Below, piece by piece: positions 13,200 through 24,820 of a DNA stretch of 63,822 nucleotides. Made by a program: the position numbers and the translations under genes. Positions within the stretch are counted from its first letter, which is position 1, and the number at the start of each line of letters is the position of its first letter. The stretch covers positions 23,500,001 to 23,563,822 of the forward strand of contig CM052832.1 in assembly GCA_028534125.1 (NCBI GenBank). Direction: 5' to 3'. This DNA comes from Lama glama (Eukaryota). Below the pieces are notes generated by a model. It searched no databases. It was not told the DNA's origin and was given only the letters and a program-made list of their open reading frames with translations.

Positions 13200-14364
13200 A
13201 TGTCAGGTATGTTTTATGATTGTGTTTTTAAGCATGTTTTTCTTTTCCTATACTAAAATACATTTAGAGAGCCAGAATCTCCAGACTGTCGCAGTTGTTT
13301 ATACTGAAGTGCTGAATTATATCAGCAGCTGCCTGTTATGTCTCTAATCACTCGGTAGCCAGAATTAAAATGTTGTGGCTGGCTTTAATTCATAGGAGGA
13401 AGGCCTTTGTGGTTACTGTGATAAATATTAAGCAGAACTTTTCCCCCAAAGCCATTGGTCACGTGCTTTGTCTCACTAGTAATTAACTTATCAATGAGCT
13501 ATGACACACTCTGGTGGCTTTTCCCTAAAAGATTTATACTTATGGCAAACCAGGGCATGATAAATTTTCCTATGCAAAGTGCCTTTTTGACCCAGAGGAG
13601 GCTAATGTAAATTTCTAATGAGCTGTGGGTTTATAGTCAGCGGCGAGTTTCAGCACCTCCTTTGCGGTGGTGTGCACTCTCATCTCATCCGGTCTTATTT
13701 TTCCTTAGGTCATGTTTTATATTGTACATTTGACTCGTGTATTCATTTTGAATCTAATACTGTAAAACAAGAAGCTATTTATCATCAGTCAAGAGGTATC
13801 TATTAGAGTATGGATTTTGCTTTCAGAGAGCTTGTTTTCTCCTGCATGGCCCTTCTATGCTGTAAAAGAGGACAAGCGATCGAATGTGTGTCAAGTTTGG
13901 GAACTAAAACATTTCCCTTCATGCATTTCCCTTATTTTGCTTTAGAAAATCCACAGTGCTTGAGAGGGTAAATTGATTTCTATCACTGTTTTCAGAAGTT
14001 AGGAGATATTTGTCTTTTTGTGTGTCTTATTCCCCAAAGAAAGCAGTATTCTTTTGAAACAGAAATTTGTGAATCTACAGTGTCCCCTCCCAAAGCACCT
14101 GCACTTTCGGTGTCATAAGAAACTCCTTCGCTCCTGGATGACAGTTGATTTTAGACTAAGACACTTTAATAGTGTCCTGCTCTGAAGCGTCATTCTGCTC
14201 ATCCCAGCACCTCTTCATCTGAGACCAGGGGGAGGGAGCAGGTAACTCAGTTATGTGATTCATTATAATCCAACATGGTTAGAATAGGGTAGAGGCATAA
14301 AAGGTGTGTTCTCAGTATCCAGTGATGTTTCTTACGCTGAGTTTTTAGTCTCTCCCTGGGCAAC

Positions 14365-14610
14365 AGTTTTAAAACTTTTTTTTTTTGAATTACTGAAAGA
14401 ATGTCAAGCTGCAAGAATAGCAAACTTCCACATTTTAAGCCTTTGCTGCGTTGGCTTTATCATATCTCTTTCTGTATGTGTAGATGTAACATATATTATA
14501 CATATATATATATAATTTATCTTTTGAACTGTTTGAGAGTAGGTTGCATACATCTTAGCCATTTATCCCTTAATATTTATGGGTATATTTTCCAAGAATA
14601 TAACCAAAAT
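14365..14610 (-). mobile_element. L1MC-like 3' fragment
   Basis: 'ttttgaactgtttgagagtaggttgcatacatc...tttatcccttaatattt...tattttccaagaa'. Confidence 0.6.
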
Positions 14611-14754
14611 TAGAAAATTAATGAGTCGGTGAAATTTTGAAGTTAAGGAGGAGCCTGAAAACAAAATAGCTAGCCTTAATTATCATTATCACATTTTGCT
14701 AAGATAAATTTGTTCTCTTTCAGTTGAGCCCTCTAAAATAGAACTATTTAAATT

Positions 14755-17070
14755 TCCTTTAGGTAAAAGTTTTTTCTGAAACATTGCATATATAGTACAG
14801 GGGGAGTGTATCATTTATGTGTTTGGTTTTAATAGTTAAGAAACTGAAATACCCTGTATCACTACCCAGTTTGTCTTCTGAAGCCCCTTGTATGACCTTC
14901 CTAATTCCATCCCTTTCCATTGTCCCTGAAAGGAAATTACTCTTCTGACTTCTGTGCACTTCTTTCTCTAAATTTTCTGTATGACTTAACTACATTTACT
15001 TTTATGTTTGCCATGTGTTGGTCTTTTTGTAAATGGAATGATACTCTTCGTGCTTTTTTCCCCATTTTATTTGCTCAACTTTTGGAGAAGAGAGTTTTAT
15101 TGAGGTACAATGATTTGCATGTAGTAAAATTTATCCATGTAGTATATAGTTTGATTAAGTGTTGGTGAATGTGTACCTCTGTGCAGTCACGTCCACAGTC
15201 AACTCTTTTTGGCAATTCATTCGTCCATGTGGATGCATGTAGCTGCAGTTGATCCACTTCTGCTGTTGTGCAGTATTCCATTGTACGAATATACTGCAGT
15301 TTATCCTTCTGTTGTTGATGGACATCTGGGTAGTTTCCAGGTTTGGGCTTTTATGAACAATGCTGCTATGCACATTATTGCTGGATTGTGGGATGTGTGC
15401 GTGTTGAATTTTTCTATTTACGTATAAAATTATTTTCCAAAGTGGTGAGATCACCATCAGTAGTATATGATAACGATGCTACTTGTGATAATGACAGTAC
15501 TTAATATTATCCAACTTTAAAGTTTCTATCAGTTGGAGCATGTGAAATACTATGTCAATTGTGGTTTTAATTTGCATTTCCTTCAGAACTAATTTGTTTT
15601 GCTATTAATTTGCTTTCTTTTTAAAGTGCTTGCTCATTTTTTGCCCACTTGGCTTATTTTTTTGCTTTTTTTCTAATTGATTCCTAGGAATTATTTCATA
15701 CTGTGCATATCACTCTTTTGTCAAATACAGGTATCTTTTCCCAGCTTGTGGTTTCTCTTTTCACTTGGTTTTAATCTTTTGATTGTCAGAAATTCTAGTG
15801 TTGAAAGTACTCAAACCTACTCTTTTTATTTAAGGTTAATATCTTATGTGTCTTGTTTAAAACAGTCCTTTACTACCTGAGAGTCATAAAAATACTCTTT
15901 TGTATTATCTAATACAAATTTTTAAGTTTTGCCTTTCACATTTAAATCTTTGATTTACATCCTTGAAATTGATTTTTAAAAAATACGGTCTGAGGTAGGG
16001 ATTAATTTTCTCTCCACACAGATAACCTATTGCCCCAGCACTGTTTATTGAGTAGTCCAGCCTTTCCCACTCATCTGTGATACTGGTTGTGTCTTTATCA
16101 GGCTTCCAGATAACCGAGGATCATGTTCTGAGCTCTCTGTTCTGTTGCAGGGCCCTGTGTGTCTGTTCCTGAGTACTGTGTTCTCTGCATTTCTGATAAC
16201 CACAGGGCCAGCTTCCCCACTTTGCCCTGCTTCAGCATTCGCTTGGTCCTTCTTGTAGGTTTCCATTAAGAAGTTGTGTTGTGATTGCCTTGGGCACGTA
16301 GCTCAATGTGTAAAGAACTGACATCTTTACAGTATGGAATTTGCCAACCCGAGAATTTCTCTCTCAATTTCCTCTTTAGCAGTAGAAACTTTCAATTTAA
16401 AAGTCTTCATAAACTTCTTAAACAGCTTTTGTTAGATTTGTACCTAGGTACTTAAATTATTATTATTATTTTTTGCTATGGTAAGTGGTATCCTTTAAAA
16501 AACTTTTCATGGAAATTTATTACATGATAGGTTCATTTTTTTCTATGTGTATAAATGCACAGCTTGCTGAATTTTAAAGCTAAGCACCAGCAGCGAGATC
16601 AAAACCCAGAACACGAGCAGTTCCCTAGCAGCCGTCCTCGTGTTCCTTCTCCATTACTGCCGTCCTCCCAAGGGCTGCCGCTGTCCTGACCTCCAAAAGC
16701 ATGGGCCAATTTGGCCTGTTTTTGTACTTATGGAAACGAGTCATAGAGTCTAGCTGTGTTCTTCTGTAACTGGCTGCTTCTGCCTGATGTTATTTTTGTG
16801 ATCATCTAGTTGTAACTGTCGGTTGTTCATTCTCATCGATGTATGGTATTCAGTTGTGTGAATGTACCACAAGTGGTCATTTAAAGTTGCTTTTTCTGAG
16901 TCTTTTTGTTGTAGCTTAGAAGCACTGTTGACTCTAGTATATACTGATTTTTGTAGGCAGTTACCTTACTAATTTCTCCTTAATTCTAATATCTCTTTGC
17001 AGACTGTTTTGGGCTTTCCTTATAGTTGGTCATATTATTTGCTAGTAATTTTTTTTCCTGTTCCTTATAG
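14755..17070 (-). mobile_element. Composite ancient L1 (L1ME/L1M) fragments
   Basis: Recurrent antisense L1 motifs: 'gttgatggacatctgggtagtttccag', 'ttgtggttttaatttgcatttcc', 'tgccccagcactgtttattga', plus nested 3' ends near 15095 and 16500. Confidence 0.75.
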
Positions 17071-17723
17071 CTTTCATTTCTTTTGATCAAGATAAGAAAC
17101 AAGCATAAAACAAGCCAGATGCAGAAATTGTGGGACATATATTTAATGAGTAAATTAGACAAGTTTTCCTTAGATTTTTGGAAGAGAAAGTGAGCTGGAA
17201 TTTCTAGTATATTTTTTATAGCCCTGGGGTCCAGTGCCCATGTAGTTGGGACACGGGAGTCGTATTTGGGAGGAGTGAGGCCAGGGGCAGCGGCCTCTTT
17301 GCCCTTGGCTACCGGTTCACATTTGTGCAACTAGAGATGAATCTCTTTCACGAGGTCTTGACAAGCTGTCACAGTTGGTTAACCTCTTCCTGGTTTACCA
17401 GTGCTGCTGGATAGCTGAAGGATGTTGGGGTAGGAGGCTGGTAATTTGTGTTCTAGCATATAAGTTTGTTGTTTAATTGAATGAAAATAGATTTGGAGTG
17501 CACTGAACCCAAAAAGGCACAAGTAAGTTCCACTCTCCCAGGTCTTCATCTGAAGGACTGTAGTGTGTATGGATTGATTGGAACCTCTAGGAAAAAGAGT
17601 AAGGTTTTAAAAAAAAGTCAAAGTCACACAAAGTCTTGAATCACAAATTTGACATGTGATTTCTCAGAATATGACAGGGATAAAGATAGTAAGGCTCACT
17701 TGTAAAGTCTCAATAGGAAATTT

Positions 17724-18276
17724 TCTTTTTTTTAATTGAAGTATAGTCAGTCTATCATGTTGTGTCAATTTCTGGTATATAGCATAATGTTACAGACATA
17801 CATATACATACGTGTATTCCTTTTCATATTCTTTTTCATTATAGGTTACTGTAAGATATTGAAAATAGTTCCCTGTGCTATACAGTACAAACTTGTTGTT
17901 TATCTAGTTTATATTTAGTAGTTGGTATCTGCAAATCTCAAACTCCCGATTTATCCCTTCCCATCTCCTTCCCCATACTCCCTGTAACTGTAAGATTATT
18001 TTCTATGTCTGTGAGTCTGTTTCTGTTTTGTAAATAAGTTCATTTGTGTCTTTTTTTTTTAAGATTCCACATATAAGTGATATCATATGGTATTTTTCTT
18101 TCTCTTTCTGGCTTACTTCATTTAGAATGATGATCTCCAGGTCCATCTAATTTGCAGCAAACAGTATTATTTTGTTCTTTATTATGGCTGAGTAGTATTC
18201 CATTGTATGAATACACCATAGCTTCCTTAACCAGTCATCTGTCGATGGACATTTAGGTTGTTCCCATGTCGTGGCT
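17724..18276 (-). mobile_element. Young lineage-specific L1 3' end with TSD
   Basis: T tract plus 'aattgaagtatagtcagt'; TSD tcaatagg(a/g)aattt at 17710-17723 and 18277-18290. Confidence 0.92.
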
Positions 18277-18477
18277 TCAATAGGGAATTTCTATACCTAT
18301 AAATGAAATCCGGATGGATCACCCTCAAGCTATAACTATAGCTTGAGATGCTGAGTAGTGAGAAAAGTCTTTAATAAGTATGTGATGATTAGAAAAGTGT
18401 ATTTCTAGCTTATGATTCTTTTCTCCTATATGTTGAAGGCAGTTGCAAGAAAATGATTAGCATCAGCTTAATGCATT

Positions 18478-19322
18478 TGAAGTTTTCTTAACTGACCTCC
18501 ATTTAACCAATTCATTGCATTAACTGGTGCTCCTTGCTTTTTCTGTAACACAAGTCAACTGATGTCCATAATAAGTGGAATGTCCCTGGACATTCCAGGT
18601 GCATCCCCAAGCACTTCTGTTCCTCCCAGTGGAATTGTAAGCTACCTAGCATCAGTAATATTTGTCTCTTAAGTTATGGAATTTAATTAAATATTATGTA
18701 AGTCAATGAAATATGAATGCAGAAAGATGCACTTTCTTTGAAAGTTAGAATCAGTGAAGGTGAGTTCCTAAAATGCAGTTCCCAGATCAGTACCATCAGC
18801 ATTCCCTGGGAACTGTTAAAAATGCATATTTTGGGCCCCTGCCACAGACCTGCTGAATCTGAACTCTGAGGGTAAGGCCCAGAAATCTGTGTTTTACCAA
18901 ACCCTCCAGGTGATTCTGAAGCACGCTGATGTTGGAGAACGACTATGCTAAAAAAATGCAGCTGAACTTAAGTTCAGGAAGGAAGAGGGATTATAAAAAT
19001 ATAGGAAGCTTCTGCACTCAGGTTGTGTTTCAAAGATCTTTTAGTTCTTGATTATCTTTAGAGAAACAGAAACCAAAAATTGATAATGCCTCATGGTATA
19101 GTTTACATAGGAAAAACAACCAGAACTCCATTCAGCAGGCCATTTTCAAGGAAATGGCCTCACATCTAAAGATTGGTAAATGAATGAACATATGATATAA
19201 GTTAACATACAAATGCTTAGAAGTACTAGTATCAGTTTTTATGATTCCCTGCTTTAATCTGCTTTTTTCAGTTTACTGTCCAGCTGCTGAAGTAAGTCCA
19301 TAAGAGAGGAGAGTTTTGACTG
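18478..19322 (+). mobile_element. TcMar-Tigger relic (Tigger13a-like) interrupted by MER5A
   Basis: 'ttaactgacctccatttaacc', 'ttctgcactcag', 'gaactccattcagcagg', 'tttatgattccctgctttaa' recall Tigger13a. Confidence 0.65.
18761..18945 (+). mobile_element. MER5A hAT MITE
   Basis: 'catcagcattccctgggaactgttaaaaatgca...agacctgctgaatctgaactctg...ccctccaggtgattctgaagcacgctgatgttggagaac'. Confidence 0.85.
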
Positions 19323-19477
19323 TGTTTGATACATCTACTAACCAGGGCTGAAAGGCATCCACTGTGTACTGGAAGAGCTGGTCACCAGTGTCTGTTCCGA
19401 AATATATTATCTCATTTAATCCTTACCGTAGCTTTATGAAGTAGATACCCATTTTAGAGATGGGTGGGGTTCAAATG

Positions 19478-19594
19478 ATTAGATTATATAGCTAATTATT
19501 AGAGATTATATAGCTAATTATTGTATATATATAGCTAATTAAATGATATTGTATATAGTTAATTAAATGATATTGTATATAGCTAATTAAATGA
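19478..19594. repeat. AT-rich minisatellite (core tatagctaatta x5) expanded inside a MIR
   Basis: Five copies of tatag(c/t)taatta with a ~20-27 bp period, flanked by antisense MIR sequence (19400-19625). Confidence 0.85.
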
Positions 19595-19901
19595 CACCCA
19601 AATTTAAATCTAGATGGGCTTCAGATTGTTATCCTGGTGGCATGGTCTGCATGTCAGTGAACAGAAGTATGTGCATTGACATAGAATACCTTGCATTGTT
19701 GAGTAGAAAGAGAACAAGTGATTTGGTACCTATGGCAAAGCCTTCTTATTCTCACCGTGGGCCTACTTGTGCCCAGCGTTTCCAGTAATAACGTTCATGG
19801 TGACGTGTGTACAGCCCATCTTTTTCTGAATCATATGTATCTGAGTATAGTGAGTTTCTGCTGTATTTTACTCTGAATTCAGAATCAAGGCAAAAAGCAA
19901 A

Positions 19902-20286
19902 TGTATTCGTTTTCCAGGGTGCTGTAATAAAGTGCCATAGACTGGGTGACTTGAGTAACAGAACTTTATTTGCTTACACTCCTGGAGGCCAGGAAGTCTG
20001 GAATTAAGGTGTGAGTAGGGTTGGTTTCTACTGAGGCCTCTCTCCTTGGCTTGTAGATGGCCGTCTTCTCCCTGTGTCTTCATATGATCATCCCTGTGTG
20101 TGTGTCCGTGTGTCCCCTAAGCTCCTTTTCTTATAAGGACACCAGTCATTATTGGATTAGGGCCCATTGTAATGACTTCATTTTAACCTAAAGACCACAT
20201 CTCCAAATCTAGTCATATTCTGAGGTGCTGGGGGTTAGGACTTCAACAGATGAATTTTGAGGAGACAGTTAAACCCCATAATAACA
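19902..20286 (-). mobile_element. MaLR solo LTR (MLT1B/MLT1A-like)
   Basis: TG...CA ends; 'cttataaggacaccagtcattattggattagggccc', 'ttctgaggtgctgggggttaggacttcaaca'. Confidence 0.9.
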
Positions 20287-20939
20287 ACAACTAAGATACT
20301 TTTAGTTAATTAGAGTTTCCCCAGAAGGTCAAGATCTTTGATTTGAATGTCCTTGACTTCTTTCTCTTTTTAAAATATAATTAGACCGAGTTCATGGAAC
20401 CAGACTAATTTGAAATCCAGGTGAGAGCAAACTAGCTTCTTAATGGGTTTTAGGGGAATAATATATTTGGGTAGCAGAATGGATTCCATCCTTCAAAGAC
20501 CAATTAAAGCTTCTTTAATGATTTAGAATCACATATGTTAATCCTAATCTATTAAGAGTTCATCATAAAAAACTGCTAACTTCAGGAATTCTTGTTAAAG
20601 GGGAAAAAAACTTGTAGGACTTGAAATGCAAATAATCGTGTTTTATGTCAAGTTAATTATGCAGCCATTACTTCAAGTCCTGCCTTCAGCTGTATTTTAC
20701 ATATGTCCCTCCTGTGAGAGCTGCTTCTGAAAACATGTCAGCTGTGTCTGGAAAGGAGGAATGGGAGTGCTCGCTTAATTCTGCTGGTGCATCTTGAAAG
20801 AAGGGAAATAATCATGGGAAGGACAGAGTATACCATATAAGTGATTGCTTTTTGACCCCTAGTTAGGTTGAATCTTAGGTTCCCAACAGCATTTTTCTCC
20901 CATGTGTAGAATCAGGTAAACAGTAATGCTTTCTTCATA

Positions 20940-21106
20940 GCAAATAATTTCTGTACTCAAATCTCTCATTACTCAGTGTGACGCACGTTAGAAATGCAGA
21001 ATCTCAGCCCCCAACCCCAGATTTAGTGAAGCAGAATCTGTTTTTGTTTTTTTTTTATCATAGTTCACAGGTAATCTGTGTGCATATTCAAGTTTAAGAA
21101 GCACTG
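20940..21106 (+). mobile_element. MER5B-like hAT MITE remnant
   Basis: 'ttagaaatgcagaatctcagccccc...caggtaatctgtgtgcatattcaagtttaagaagcactg'. Confidence 0.7.
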
Positions 21107-21249
21107 TTCTGGATGGCAATAGCAGCAGGACTTCAATTAAATTTTTATTTTACATTTCATCTCAGTTTTTTGTTCCAGTGTTATATCCAGTTAGTCTCGG
21201 CTGAATACTGAAGGATTCTCTGGCTCATCACCTGCAAAACCTTTTGTTC

Positions 21250-21395
21250 CCCTCTCTTTCCCCATTTATAAAAGAAGATAAGGCCCGAGTGTTGAAAGAT
21301 TAAAGGATTAGTAAATGCATGTAGGGCTCTGAGAACAGTACTGGGCACAGGAAGTTCGGTCATGTTGTCTTTTGTTGTTTCCATCCTTATTATTA
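21250..21395 (+). mobile_element. MIR 3' half
   Basis: 'gattaaaggattagtaaatgcatgtagggctctgagaacagtactgggcacag'. Confidence 0.55.
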
Positions 21396-23590
21396 CTACC
21401 GGTCACTGCCACAACTACCACAGCCAAACCCAGCAGCAGTTACTTAGTCTAGGAAAATGCCTACTACAGACAGGTATGGTAAATGTCACCGTTACTTTAT
21501 GAAGAGCAGTTCCTACCGTGAATACAGGTATCATACCAACCCATCAGGTAATTCACCCAAACTTCTAAACCCCTCTTTGAAATAAGCACAAAATGATACC
21601 AAAACATTTAAAAGCTTAGTGGAGAAAAAGTATACATGAACCATTCATTTTTTTCTTGCCTGTCTACCATGAAGAAATTCAAGCTCTATTTTTAGTCAGG
21701 GCTTCCTTGTTTAACAGAAATCAATGTATCCTCACCGGAAAAGCTCCGGCTGTCATGGTCATCGTGCACGTGTGTGTGTTACAACTGGCAATCCAGAAAC
21801 CTGGGCTCCTGTTCGGGCTGCCTTGGGCAGCTGACGACCCGTGCTGACCTGGGCAAATACATACATGTGAAAGGAGAGTGGACTCCATCATCGCTGCCAG
21901 TGTTCTGATCTGAGTGCAGCACTCCAGGACAGCCTCTGTGAGACTTCATTTCCATTTCAAATGGTTGGACTGTCAGACGCTAAGGACGATCGCATTCAGG
22001 GACAGCAAGAGAGTTGAATAAGCTTCTGCTAGAATGGCCTTGAGGAGCGATTATAAATAAAAACAAATCGAGTATAACTTACATTTCTTTGTTGTGTTAC
22101 AGTGAAGTATATCATTACTGCTTTGTCGAATACTGGATCTCAGATGGACTAAAACATCTGTTACTAAGATATGCACCAGAATGTCTCATGTCTTCCTTGC
22201 AGGAAATGTTGTTTATAGATATCTTTTGTTGTTCTACTGTTGTTAATATGCAGCAGATGCATGTGGGAGGGCTGGAGAGGAGGGGGGAAGCGTCCTAGAG
22301 CACCTTAGAGTTTTTCCAAGATTTAAACTTGTTTTCCTTTGAAGTTTTATTCTATTGGAACAAATAATAGAGGTCTTAAAGAAGAAGGAATTTGTGCCAA
22401 CTTGCTTGCATAGTAATTGTGTATGTATTAGAGTTAAATGACTCTTTTATCATCCTGGGGTTATTTAACATGCAAGACTATAAAATTTCATGTGATTGGT
22501 TGACTAAATTGAATGGTTTTATGAAATGAGTAAATAAATAACTGAGTACATCCCACATATTAAAACACTGCTTTTTCTTTGCTGGGTGAAGATGTAGCCT
22601 CCACAGGCGTTAGATTCTAAAGACTTTCAGTTCCAAGATAATGGTTCAAGGAAACCTACATATGGCAAGGGGATGGAGGAAAGAGACCTTTTTTTAAGTA
22701 TCATATTGAACCCATTATAACTCAGAAAACTGAGATACTAGTTTCTGACATTTCAGTGAGACTTAGTTGCCAAATTTCCAGGGGGAAATATATTTCAGTT
22801 AGTGCTTCATTGTTTGCATGAAATTTTAGATCAAGTCATAAGCATATGTTTCAAGGCTGGCATAATAGAATAAGCCCTATTCTTCATTAGGTGAGAGGGA
22901 AGACTGACAAGTTCCCTCATCTTTCAGGACCATCTTGTGTACTCCATCCTCATGAAGACCTTCCTGATTTCTTCTGCTGGGAGCCATGTCTCCACCCTCC
23001 AAACCCAGCAGCTCTTCATAGCTTTCTCATTGCATCGATCACATTTTATGTTATTGTACCTTTTTTTTTTGGTATGCTTGTTTTATGACCGTTCCTTCCT
23101 TTCTTCATTCATGGCCCACCGTGTGCCAGGCGCCCCGCTTCCTCACTGGACTGTAATCTGTTTCAAAGCAGGATAGGTTCTTGTCCATTCTTACATTGTA
23201 CAACTAACACTCAGTGAATATTGACGCTTGAGGTGCTGGGGCCTGTCTCTGGAATTCTCTCATTTCACTTACCCAAAGCCTGAATAAATTGCCCTAGTTC
23301 TCCACTTTGAAGGCATCTTTGCTTCCCATAACTATACGAAGAGACTGATGGTCACTTTTTCCTAACAACCCAATTAGACATACTGTGTCTCCAGTCAAGG
23401 GCCACTGCTACTCAGAGGTGAGCCAGACAGGGAGTCCGCTTGCACTCGGGTTCAGGACCAGCTGGTGATAACAACTCCTGAAATTACCGGGGACTTCTGG
23501 TTGCTGTTCTCCACTTTGGGTTGTTGGCGGCCCGTGCAGAATCCAGACTCCCTTTTCTTTTCCCTTAACAAATGTTTTCCTAGTCGCTGG

Positions 23591-23613
23591 TTTTTTTTTT
23601 TTTTTTTTTTTTT
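23591..23613. repeat. Poly(T)23 run
   Basis: Seen directly. Confidence 0.9.
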
Positions 23614-23774
23614 CCCTGAGGGAGATGCAGTCACATTTGAATGTAACGCATATGTCTGCTTCGTAGAAATTCTACTGGGCTTGTCAAAATGAATGATATG
23701 TTTTAAAAAATAATGTGTTCATATTACTCATTAATTTTACTTGTGAGTCCAGTTGGGATTGTTGACTTTCAGGA

Positions 23775-23885
23775 TGATCCTCATCGATGAATGAGGGTAA
23801 CGGTAGCCACCTTATGGGATTACTGTGATTGAATGAAACAGTATGTGTAAAGTACTGGGCACCAGGCCTGGCACGTGGTACCTTC
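23775..23885 (+). mobile_element. MIR fragment
   Basis: 'tgtgtaaagtactgggcaccaggcctggcacgtggta'. Confidence 0.55.
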
Positions 23886-24022
23886 AGCTCCTTTCACCTC
23901 CCTTTTCTTCTTTACAACACTGCTTGGGACTAGGAAGCATAGAACAGCGCATTCATTTAAGCCCGTCCCAGTTGTGAGGCTCAGGATGGGGAGGAGGGAC
24001 ACCTTACTGCATTACTGAAAGT

Positions 24023-24820
24023 TGAGGACAATGTGAAATAAGAAGAAATACATATATAAGTATCAATATATACATATATATTGGCCTTTGTCCTGGTTCC
24101 TGACGCAGAGCTCCTGAATCCCTTGGAACTTTCTGGATGATCGGGACATCTTTTGTTCTAATGAGGGGCCTCCTGGTGGGCTCTGGGATGGGGGCTGGTC
24201 ACTAGAAAGACCAAGCAATGATTTGAAACTTCGAACCTTCAGCCCCTTCCCGCCCTTCTCCTGAAAGGGGATTGGAAATGCAGTTAATAATCAATCGTGC
24301 CTATGTGATGGAGCCTCCGTAAAAAACCCCAGAAGTCTGGGGTGCAGAGGGCTTCTGGGCTGATGAACAAACACATCCGTGTGGTAGGAGGGCGATGCAT
24401 CCCAACTCCATGGGGACAGAAGCTCCTGCACTGGGGACCCTGGGGACCGCTCCCTGTGTGCCTCTGCGTCTGGCTGTCCACCCATCTCTTTGTCGTTGCC
24501 TTATTCCCCAACACACCAGTACATGGTCAGTGTTTCCCTGCATTCTGTGAGCTCTTCTAGCAAATGACTGAACCCAAGGAGGAGGGGCGAGAGCCTCTGG
24601 TTGAGAGCCGGTTGTTCAGAAGCATGGGTGATAAACCAGACTTGCAGCTGGTGTCTGAGGTGCTGGGGGCAGTCTCGTGGGATGAGCCCGCAACTGCAGG
24701 GTCTGATGCTGACTCCAGGCAGATGCTGTCAGAATTGTCTGGTGGGGAACCCCCAGATCTGGTGTCAGACGTGCTGCGAGTGTGAGAGTAAAGGGGAAAT
24801 GGTGAGTTTTTTTCTAGACA
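24023..24820 (+). mobile_element. ERV solo LTR (MER21-like)
   Basis: 'ggttcctgacgcagagctcctgaatcccttggaa', 'gggggctggtcactagaaagaccaag', 'tgtgagctcttctagcaaat'; TG..CA ends; homologous to inverted copy at 56520-57324. Confidence 0.85.

Noticed and set aside
19478..19594. Repeat-spacer-like pattern as a CRISPR array
   Set aside because: Units are short, AT-rich and lack unique spacers; eukaryotic context, no cas genes
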